From the NCBI RefSeq assembly GCF_000008465.1, contig NC_006512.1, positions 1,980,001 through 2,012,000 of the forward strand: 32,000 nucleotides of DNA. Reading direction: 5' to 3'. The position numbers were made by a program, and so were the translations under genes. The stretch's first letter is position 1, and every line of letters begins with the position of its first letter. Positions 25,037 to 32,000 of this stretch are shown here, one piece after another. The notes beneath the pieces are model-generated. The model was given only the letters and a program-made list of their open reading frames with translations, was not told where the DNA came from and did no database searches. The stretch comes from Idiomarina loihiensis L2TR (GTDB lineage: Bacteria; Pseudomonadota; Gammaproteobacteria; Enterobacterales; Alteromonadaceae).

Positions 25037-27541
25037 ATGCCGAACCATTATTTTGACCAACTTATCGATCAGTTAAAACCCGTCGTTTACGATACTGACT
25101 TTGACACCTTATTTCAGTCGTTAACTGAAAACGAAGATGGTCCCACAAAATTCAAGCTTAAAATGGAGCTTAGACGTTTAGCCGCTCCCTGTCATCGCAC
25201 TGTTGACTTGCGTAATCAGGTTGATGGCGAGTGCCGTCCTTACGAATACAATGGACGCCGGCATCAGCTTGACGATGTTGCTATTGAAATTTTTGAGCGG
25301 GGTCTGGAAACCTATAAAGGCGTTTTTACCCAGGATACTTTTGAGCAAATACTGGATGCAGACAACCATTTACGCCAGGCTCGCGAAGAAGAAAGAGCCT
25401 TTGCACAAAGTTTAGCTGACCACAATGCCGAGCCCTTAAGCGGTCAATCACCATTTTTGAACAGCGACAACGAGGCTGAATCTTACCTTCTGGAAACATT
25501 CCACTTTGGCCAGTACCCTTACCGCGCCGAAGAACGAATGAATTTTACCATCGAAGTCGGGCTTGAAGACAGTAAAGGAAAAAATTATCAGGCGGTAACG
25601 GCTGACATTTCCATTACGGGGATGCGCGTACGTGTCAACGACGAACATAGCCTGCAATACGGCGATTCACTGTCGCTTTATTTTACCGGACTGGCAAAAG
25701 AGTTCACGGTAAACCCTGAAACTCGAATTCCCTATCGTGTTGTCGGAGTTCAGGAGCTAGACGGTAAACACTACTTGAGTTTGAATCGAGACCCGGATTA
25801 TCAGTCAGCCGAACTGGATAAGTTTTTTCATCGGTTCATTAATGGTTATAAAAAACGCTACCGCGTTAATATTGATAATACTTACAACACAATACTCAAT
25901 AAAGGACACGAACAATTCCTGTTACCCAGGATGCAGCAGTTGCCGGTGTTCTTTTCCGAGTCAAACAAACAACTGGTAGCCGATTACGTATTAACCACCG
26001 ACAACAACCGCTTTATTTTAAGTAACTGGATTAATGAACTGAATCAAATCAGTTTCGGTTCTATTTTTAATCTACGCCGCAGCCGCTGGTTACTTCAGGA
26101 CTTAGCTCAAAAAGAGCATGCTCGTTTACTGGTAATGACCTTTTCTATTACCGCCCGCGGAAAAATATACAACTATTCAGCCACCGCAGAAGAGCTTCAA
26201 AAAACGGGGTTATGGGACACTTATATTGCCTTTGGCAGTAAAAAAGCCTCCTGGCGAGTTTATCAAATCGATTTACGCCGGGTAGATTTGAATCAGGCAT
26301 GGCAACCTCAGAGCGTACCGAAAAACATTAATGTTCCGTTTCGCATCAACCCTCCTACAGCACAAGTTAAAAGAGCGATAGCACCCTTACGATATATGGG
26401 GGTGGTTAACGATATAACGGATAGTTTGCAGGGCTTTTTCGACACGGGTATAGAAAAAGAGCAATTAGCTTCATTAAAAGCTTTTGCACACCCACCGTCC
26501 ACACCTATTCGGACAAAAGAAGCACGCCTTGAATTTATTAACTTACGCAGTGAAAAACGCTTCAGCTACCGCAGCCGCTGCCGGGTTAAAGTTGGCAAGC
26601 TGGTTCGTGACGGCATGATCATTGACCTTTCTGTCAGCGGTCTGCAAGTACAAATTGATACACCACTACCGGCAGAAAAAGGTGACAACGTCGACATTTC
26701 TCTGACCGGCTTCAAGAAGCTGTATAAAAAAGCCAAGTTAGACCATTTAGCTTACACCATAGCTTCTATTGACGATGCCCGCACCACGTTACGTTTGAAA
26801 ATTGAAGGTGACCACGAACAACACATGGGCTCGGAGTTCATACGCTTTTTAATTCGTGAACAGCGCGACCTCCTTAAGCTTCAAGTGGAAAACACCTCAA
26901 TAAATGGGCTGGAACTTTGTCTGCGCAATTTGTACTGTGACGCTCCGGGCTCATTGCCGGTTTTCCTGTACAGAAATAAAAAGCGTAAAACCTCTGTGCG
27001 CCGCGCCGGCCTCTCTAACTGGCCATCCGGATGGGCTAAGTTATTGGCTAAATTTCCCGGCAGTCAACCAAGTGCAATTAATTTACAACCGCTGCTGCGA
27101 GGTTCCTCGTTAACAGAAGAACTTCTCCCCAGATTAAATGAGATGGACCGTACGTCGGAACCTGTCACTTTATTACTGTTACTGCGGTTATATCGCCAAA
27201 ATGGAGAGGATATTGTTCAGACCCAATGGCTGGAGGGTAATGACAACCAGGCTATTGAATCTTTTATTGAGCAAAGCATACCCAATTCTATCTTTCGGGC
27301 TATCACTGTGACTCTTTCCAGAACAGGACGCCCTGATACTCAGTTTATTCAGGCCGAACTGAATTACATTAGCCGCTATGCTGCTTACCGGGCACAGGAA
27401 ATAGAAGAAGACTTGTGGCAGGTATACGCCATTGCAGACACAGTTGATGTAACCGAGAGCTTACTGGAGTTTGCCTTATCGGGCACCGACGCCATTAAGG
27501 AGCAGCAGGAGCGCTTAAATAACTGGCTCAATAAGTTCTGA
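25037..27541 (+). CDS. Large (834 aa) protein with two PilZ domains; probable c-di-GMP receptor of unknown output
   Basis: Two complete PilZ signatures. The first is RAEER (25523..25537) with DISITG (25604..25621). The second is RSEKR (26546..26560) with DLSVSG (26624..26641). The remaining 600 or so residues match nothing I recognise. Confidence 0.75.
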   Translation: MPNHYFDQLIDQLKPVVYDTDFDTLFQSLTENEDGPTKFKLKMELRRLAAPCHRTVDLRNQVDGECRPYEYNGRRHQLDDVAIEIFERGLETYKGVFTQDTFEQILDADNHLRQAREEERAFAQSLADHNAEPLSGQSPFLNSDNEAESYLLETFHFGQYPYRAEERMNFTIEVGLEDSKGKNYQAVTADISITGMRVRVNDEHSLQYGDSLSLYFTGLAKEFTVNPETRIPYRVVGVQELDGKHYLSLNRDPDYQSAELDKFFHRFINGYKKRYRVNIDNTYNTILNKGHEQFLLPRMQQLPVFFSESNKQLVADYVLTTDNNRFILSNWINELNQISFGSIFNLRRSRWLLQDLAQKEHARLLVMTFSITARGKIYNYSATAEELQKTGLWDTYIAFGSKKASWRVYQIDLRRVDLNQAWQPQSVPKNINVPFRINPPTAQVKRAIAPLRYMGVVNDITDSLQGFFDTGIEKEQLASLKAFAHPPSTPIRTKEARLEFINLRSEKRFSYRSRCRVKVGKLVRDGMIIDLSVSGLQVQIDTPLPAEKGDNVDISLTGFKKLYKKAKLDHLAYTIASIDDARTTLRLKIEGDHEQHMGSEFIRFLIREQRDLLKLQVENTSINGLELCLRNLYCDAPGSLPVFLYRNKKRKTSVRRAGLSNWPSGWAKLLAKFPGSQPSAINLQPLLRGSSLTEELLPRLNEMDRTSEPVTLLLLLRLYRQNGEDIVQTQWLEGNDNQAIESFIEQSIPNSIFRAITVTLSRTGRPDTQFIQAELNYISRYAAYRAQEIEEDLWQVYAIADTVDVTESLLEFALSGTDAIKEQQERLNNWLNKF

Positions 27542-28177
27542 CTGTTTAAGGCAGCCTAGTATCTCGAGTAAGTTATTGGAATTGACAGAATAATCCGCAA
27601 TAGCCTGTAATGCCGGTTTTGCATTAAAGGCTATACCAACAGCGGCGGCTTTAAGCATTAAGCCGTCGTTGGCGCCGTCTCCTACCGCTACGGTTCGGTC
27701 CGGCGGAATATTCCAGTGCCCGGCCAGTTGCTGAAGTTGTTCAGCTTTAACTTGAGCGTCAACAATGTCACCTAATACCTTCCCGGTCAGGCAGCCATCG
27801 GCTACTTCCAACTGGTTAGCGACAACCGCATCCAGATTCAGAGCCGCTTGAACCCTGTTTGCAAACCAGGTGAAACCACCGGAAACCAGTGCAGTTTTCC
27901 AGCCGGCGGCTTGCAGCGCCTGAATAAGTTCTTTAGCGCCGGGGTTAAATGGAATAGGTGAAAATAAACTTTCCAGATCAGACTCTTTAATGCCTTCGAG
28001 GCAGGCCACACGCTGGGTTAAGCTCTCTGCGAAATCAATTTCTCCCCTCATAGCGGCTTCCGTTATGGCCGAGACTTTAGTATAACGGTTGTTTAATCGT
28101 GCAATTTCGTCGATACACTCAATATGAATTAAGGTAGAATCCATGTCGAAAACAATTAAACCAGAACTGTGTTTCAT
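27515..28177 (-). CDS. serB: Phosphoserine phosphatase (short, HAD-domain-only form, 220 aa)
   Basis: HAD motifs FDMDSTLI, LVSGGF and AVGDGANDGLML. It lacks the roughly 100-aa N-terminal domain of E. coli SerB. It lies in the conserved radA / serB / ytjB neighbourhood. Confidence 0.88.
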   Translation of the reverse strand: MKHSSGLIVFDMDSTLIHIECIDEIARLNNRYTKVSAITEAAMRGEIDFAESLTQRVACLEGIKESDLESLFSPIPFNPGAKELIQALQAAGWKTALVSGGFTWFANRVQAALNLDAVVANQLEVADGCLTGKVLGDIVDAQVKAEQLQQLAGHWNIPPDRTVAVGDGANDGLMLKAAAVGIAFNAKPALQAIADYSVNSNNLLEILGCLKQSELIEPVI

Positions 28178-28285
28178 TTAACGGGAAACTCCTGAGCTGA
28201 ACTCATGCGACTAACAGAATCCAGGCAATGGCAAAGAGTAAAAAGTACTTTGCTTAACAATAAAACCAAAGCCATTATTCGTATT

Positions 28286-28837
28286 ATGACGAAACGTGCT
28301 CTGCGCTTAGCCGCTGCCGGTGGATTACTGCTAATCATTATTAATGTCTGGAATATTGCCAGTGTCCAGTCGCAACAGCAACTTTTCTCGCAAACTCAGT
28401 CGGTAACTCAGCTTATGATGGATCAGGCCGAGCACGAAGCGCATTATTGGCTTGAACATCAAAATACCGAGCGCTTAACTGCTCTGACCGACAATATCGC
28501 CAGCCACCCCGAAGTTATGGCGGCAACCATTCGTAACCGTTTTGGTGAACTGCTCGTGCACAGTGGCGTTAATTCATCCATTATTGACTGGCCCACTAGC
28601 GAAGACACTTCTGAGCCATGGGTACTGGTTGAAGAAATTAACCTGGAAGACAATGTGAGTGGTTATTTACAGGTCATTTTCGATAAAAATTTATTATTGA
28701 AGCAAAGCCAGACCGCCCATAACGGCCTGATGCAACAAGGTAAACTCTTACTTCTTTTGGCGATGCTAGCCGGTGTGTTTATTATGCTTGGCTTTAACCG
28801 GATACGTGATCGTTACTGGCAGGTTGAGCCTCATTAA
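28286..28837 (+). CDS. ytjB: AhpA/YtjB (Smp) family inner-membrane protein
   Basis: N-terminal TM (LRLAAAGGLLLIIINVW) and C-terminal TM (LLLLLAMLAGVFIML). The central block GYLQVIFDKNLL parallels E. coli YtjB (GYLRLTLDTHTL). It is divergent from serB, as in E. coli. An upstream ATG at 28205 is possible, and neither start has a clear Shine-Dalgarno. Confidence 0.65.
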   Translation: MTKRALRLAAAGGLLLIIINVWNIASVQSQQQLFSQTQSVTQLMMDQAEHEAHYWLEHQNTERLTALTDNIASHPEVMAATIRNRFGELLVHSGVNSSIIDWPTSEDTSEPWVLVEEINLEDNVSGYLQVIFDKNLLLKQSQTAHNGLMQQGKLLLLLAMLAGVFIMLGFNRIRDRYWQVEPH

Positions 28838-29591
28838 ACAGCTCACAACTGTTCTTCCATAAAGCTTCGCTAAGTGAGTCTTTATCAACCTTTCTCAACT
28901 CGGCTAAAACGCTCAAAACCTTTGCAATCCTTGCCGGTTCATTACGTTCTCCCTGATGTCCGCAAATAGGCATATCCGGTGAGTCAGTCTCTAGCACCAA
29001 AGCCGATAGCGGTACTTTGGCTATTGCCTGTCGCGTTTTTTGTGCCCGGGTGTAAGTAATTACTCCGCCAACACCCAACTTATAACCGCAATCAACAAAC
29101 TTCATAGCCTGCTCATAGCTGCCACTGAAGGCGTGTATAACGCCTTGCTCAGGACCATATTGTTTGACTAACGGATGAGTTGTCTCCAGAGTTTTACGGT
29201 GATGTATAATCACTGGCAGGCGATAGTTCTTCGCTAATTTCAGCTGTTCAATAAAGAGCTCGCGCTGCAGCTCGGAATTATCGCAGGTAGCATCTAGCCC
29301 CACCTCCCCCACTGCCCGTAACCGCTCATGCGGAGTATCTAAGGCTTGTTCCAGCTCTTGCAGGTGGTTCAGATTATGTTGTTGAATAAACCAGGGATGC
29401 AAACCTAAAGCAAAGCGCCAGCTTGCAAACTGATTAACTAACTGCTGCAGCCGGGGCCATTGCTCAGCACTAACACCCGGCACCATAAAACGCTCAACTC
29501 CGGCTTCAGCAGCCGCTTCTAAAACTTGCTCCCGGTCCTCATCAAATGCCTGAAAATCAATATGGCAATGAGTGTCGTAAAGCGTATTCAT
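28794..29591 (-). CDS. TatD-family metal-dependent hydrolase (YjjV-like)
   Basis: MNTLYDTHCHIDF (HxH metal site), then later EVGLD, HAFSG and ETDSPDM motifs. Its start lies 5 nt after the prfC stop. Confidence 0.88.
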   Translation of the reverse strand: MNTLYDTHCHIDFQAFDEDREQVLEAAAEAGVERFMVPGVSAEQWPRLQQLVNQFASWRFALGLHPWFIQQHNLNHLQELEQALDTPHERLRAVGEVGLDATCDNSELQRELFIEQLKLAKNYRLPVIIHHRKTLETTHPLVKQYGPEQGVIHAFSGSYEQAMKFVDCGYKLGVGGVITYTRAQKTRQAIAKVPLSALVLETDSPDMPICGHQGERNEPARIAKVLSVLAELRKVDKDSLSEALWKNSCELFNEAQPASNDHVSG

Positions 29592-29596
29592 AAGCT

Positions 29597-31186
29597 TTAG
29601 TGTTCGCGTGTGTGAGTAAACTCAATATCAGGGTAACGCTCTTCTGCCAGGCTTAAGTTCACCATAGTCGGGGCAATGTAGGTCAGGTTGTCACCGCCAT
29701 CTAATGCCAGATTCGCTTCTGCTCTACGACGAAACTCATCCAGTTTCTTCTCGTCTTTACTACTCACCCAGCGCGCTGTCGCGACGTTAATATTTTCGTA
29801 CATGGCATCCACTTTGTATTCTGTTCGCAGGCGATGAACAACCACATCAAACTGCAGTACACCAACAGCGCCAACAATCAGGTCGTTGCTGATAAGCGGA
29901 CGGAACACCTGCACGGCGCCCTCTTCAGATAACTGCACTAAGCCTTTTAATAATTGCTTCTGCTTTAGTGGATCTTTCAGCCGGATACGACGGAAAAGCT
30001 CAGGCGCAAAGTTCGGAATACCGCTAAACTTGAAGTCTTCGCCGGCGGTAAAGGTATCGCCGATTTGAATGGTTCCGTGGTTATGAAGCCCAATGATATC
30101 GCCTGGATAAGCTTCTTCCACGTGCGAACGGTCACCGGCTAAAAAGGTTAATGCATCACTGATACGCACGTCTTTACCTGTACGAACCTGACGCATTTTC
30201 ATGCCTTTCTCATACTTACCGGACACAATACGCATGAAGGCAACCCGGTCTCTGTGACGCGGATCCATATTCGCCTGAATTTTAAAAATGAAACCGGAGA
30301 AGTCTTCGCTGGTGGCACTAACGCCTTCTTGTTGATCGGTTTCCCGCCCTTGAGGTTTCGGTGCCCAGTCGACCAGACCATCCAGCATATGATCCACACC
30401 GAAGTTACCTAACGCCGTTCCGAAAAATACCGGCGTCAATTCACCGGCGAGAAAAAGCTCTTTATCAAAGGGGTTCGACGCGCCATTCACCAACTCGATT
30501 TGCTCACGTAGCTCATCTGCCCAGACGCCTAGCTTCTCATCTAACTCAGGGTTATCAAGACCTTTTATAATGGTCTCTTCCTGAATTCGGTGCCCCTGCC
30601 CGGTTTTATATAAAATCGTTTCATCTTTAAGAAGGTGATAAACCCCTTTAAAGTTTTTGCCGGAACCAATCGGCCAGGTAATAGGTGCGCACATAATTTT
30701 CAGAACATCTTCCACTTCATCCAACAACTCCAGCGGGTCACGAATGTCACGGTCAAGTTTGTTCATAAAAGTGATAATAGGAGTGTCACGTAAACGAGTG
30801 ACTTCCATCAATTTAATGGTTCGGTCCTCAACACCTTTAGCGCCGTCAATAACCATTAAACAAGAATCAACGGCAGTCAGGGTACGGTAAGTATCTTCTG
30901 AGAAGTCTTCGTGTCCGGGAGTATCTAATAGATTCACCAGGGCATTATGATAAGGGAATTGCATGACCGAGGTAGTTACCGATATGCCCCGCTCCTGTTC
31001 CATTTGCATCCAGTCTGACTTTGCATGCTGACCAGATTTCTTGCCTTTTATCGTTCCCGCTTTTTGGATCTGCTGACCATGCAACAGGACCTTTTCAGTA
31101 ATCGTGGTTTTACCGGCATCCGGGTGAGAGATAATGGCAAAGGTACGACGTTTCGCGACTTCATTCTGCAAACTGGATTCAGACAT
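29597..31186 (-). CDS. prfC: Peptide chain release factor 3
   Basis: [28 protein letters not shown] and NKLDR GTPase motifs. Trimmed to the only ATG at 31186 (upstream codons are TTG), giving 529 aa, the same length as E. coli RF3. Confidence 0.95.
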   Translation of the reverse strand: MSESSLQNEVAKRRTFAIISHPDAGKTTITEKVLLHGQQIQKAGTIKGKKSGQHAKSDWMQMEQERGISVTTSVMQFPYHNALVNLLDTPGHEDFSEDTYRTLTAVDSCLMVIDGAKGVEDRTIKLMEVTRLRDTPIITFMNKLDRDIRDPLELLDEVEDVLKIMCAPITWPIGSGKNFKGVYHLLKDETILYKTGQGHRIQEETIIKGLDNPELDEKLGVWADELREQIELVNGASNPFDKELFLAGELTPVFFGTALGNFGVDHMLDGLVDWAPKPQGRETDQQEGVSATSEDFSGFIFKIQANMDPRHRDRVAFMRIVSGKYEKGMKMRQVRTGKDVRISDALTFLAGDRSHVEEAYPGDIIGLHNHGTIQIGDTFTAGEDFKFSGIPNFAPELFRRIRLKDPLKQKQLLKGLVQLSEEGAVQVFRPLISNDLIVGAVGVLQFDVVVHRLRTEYKVDAMYENINVATARWVSSKDEKKLDEFRRRAEANLALDGGDNLTYIAPTMVNLSLAEERYPDIEFTHTREH

Positions 31187-31263
31187 CAACAAGACTCTTA
31201 TTGGTTAAATTTAACTATATTGCTTATTTTCGCTGATCTGCTGCCGATACACAAACCATGGAT

Positions 31264-31272
31264 TGTTATAAT
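31264..31272 (+). promoter_or_regulatory. Candidate extended -10 promoter element (TGTTATAAT) for the downstream Cache-sensor gene
   Basis: TGn + TATAAT lies 68 nt upstream of the ATG at 31340. The -35 region (ctgccgatac) is poor, which extended -10 promoters tolerate. Confidence 0.3.
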
Positions 31273-31339
31273 CTGAGATAGATACGGTACTAATGTCTAA
31301 AAGATAGCATTCCGAGCCTGTACTAAACTACAAACTGAC

Positions 31340-32000
31340 ATGAACAACCCGAGTAACCTGCCCATGCAACTGACGATAAAAGCGAAAGTATTTTCTCTGG
31401 CACTTATCCCCCCGGTACTTATTGCCGTGTTCTTAACCTGGTATAACTTGTCTCAGTCGACGACTGTTGGTCAAAACGCCGTTGAAGAATTCACAACGCA
31501 AATGGAAAAAGACAGTCGAGAGGAGCTTTCTAACTATTTGGAGTTAGCATTTACTTCTATCCAGCACCTTGTAAAAGACACTTCTCTGGGCTCGTTACAG
31601 GAAAGACAAGAACGCGCAAAGCAAATACTACGGCAATTACGTTTTGATGATTCTGGCGATGTGGGTTACCTCTTTGTTTATGACCGTCAGGGGGTCAGTG
31701 TTGCTCATGGCGTTAATCAAAGCCTTGAAGGTAAAAACCTGTTCGACTTTCAGGATCCTAATGGGGTTTACCTTATAAGAAAGCTTATTGAAGAAGCAGA
31801 AGGCGGTGGCGGCTTCGTCAAATATGACTGGCAGAATACTCAGCAGCAAGTGAATCCTAAACTCGGTTACGCCAAGCTACTAAACGAGTGGAACTGGGTA
31901 ATAGGTACTGGCTTTTGGACAGCCGGAATGGAGCAGGAAGCCGCCAGAATTGAAAATAATGTTGATGAAGCACTAGCCGACGCCGTTGTTGAAACCATCG
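31340..32000 (+). CDS. Membrane sensor with periplasmic single-Cache (sCache_2-like) domain, N-terminal 220 codons (runs off the right edge; output domain unseen)
   Basis: Hand-translated open frame: MNNPSNLPMQLTIKAKVFSLALIPPVLIAVFLTWYNL (TM1), then ...RFDDSGDVGYLFVYDRQGVSVAHGVNQSLEGKNLFDFQDPNGVYLIRKLIEEAEGGGGFVKYDWQ...NWVIGTGFW, the typical sCache_2 pattern. It is open-ended, so it is absent from the ORF track. An alternative start is the ATG at 31364. Confidence 0.75.
   Translation, partial: MNNPSNLPMQLTIKAKVFSLALIPPVLIAVFLTWYNLSQSTTVGQNAVEEFTTQMEKDSREELSNYLELAFTSIQHLVKDTSLGSLQERQERAKQILRQLRFDDSGDVGYLFVYDRQGVSVAHGVNQSLEGKNLFDFQDPNGVYLIRKLIEEAEGGGGFVKYDWQNTQQQVNPKLGYAKLLNEWNWVIGTGFWTAGMEQEAARIENNVDEALADAVVETI

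Noticed and set aside
1-32000. Search for CRISPR repeats, IS elements, integrases, tRNA-linked islands, prophage or toxin-antitoxin pairs
   Set aside because: By eye I found no regularly spaced direct repeats, terminal inverted repeats, tRNA genes or recombinase-like ORFs. Gene content is uniformly housekeeping, with conserved enterobacterial- or vibrio-like synteny.

Overview
This window reads as about 32 kb of conserved chromosomal backbone from a gammaproteobacterium. Local synteny (ybaB-dnaX-apt, priC, ffs, yajG-ampG, nrdR-ribD, glyA, ettA-radA-serB-ytjB, prfC) plus a Vibrio-style six-gene TonB2 cluster suggests a marine Vibrionales/Alteromonadales-like genome. I call 34 protein-coding genes: two are cut by the window edges and one is a 40-codon micro-ORF absent from the ORF track. 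I also call one SRP (4.5S) RNA hidden in an apparent intergenic gap, two intrinsic terminators and a few candidate regulatory sites. Several ORF-track starts are TTG/GTG read-throughs and were trimmed to better ATG starts (dnaX, apt, DUF692, DUF3450, glyA, prfC, HDAC, ytjB). I see no transposase, integrase, phage gene, CRISPR array, toxin-antitoxin pair or recognisable defence gene, so this is mostly an ordinary housekeeping region. The best candidate for something undescribed is an intact MNIO (DUF692) enzyme with its DUF2063 partner and no adjacent precursor-peptide gene. It sits directly behind the TonB2 operon, separated only by a weak hairpin, and is followed by an unannotated 40-aa membrane micro-ORF and an orphan receiver protein. 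Secondary observations: an A10 slippery tract in dnaX at the position homologous to the E. coli gamma/tau frameshift site; a RibBX-type degenerate GTP-cyclohydrolase-II domain in a shortened rib operon; an 834-aa protein with two intact PilZ motif sets; a coupled priC-HDAC-comFB trio; and three convergent gene pairs whose 3' ends overlap. All functional calls rest on motif recognition and remembered family knowledge, not on database searches.
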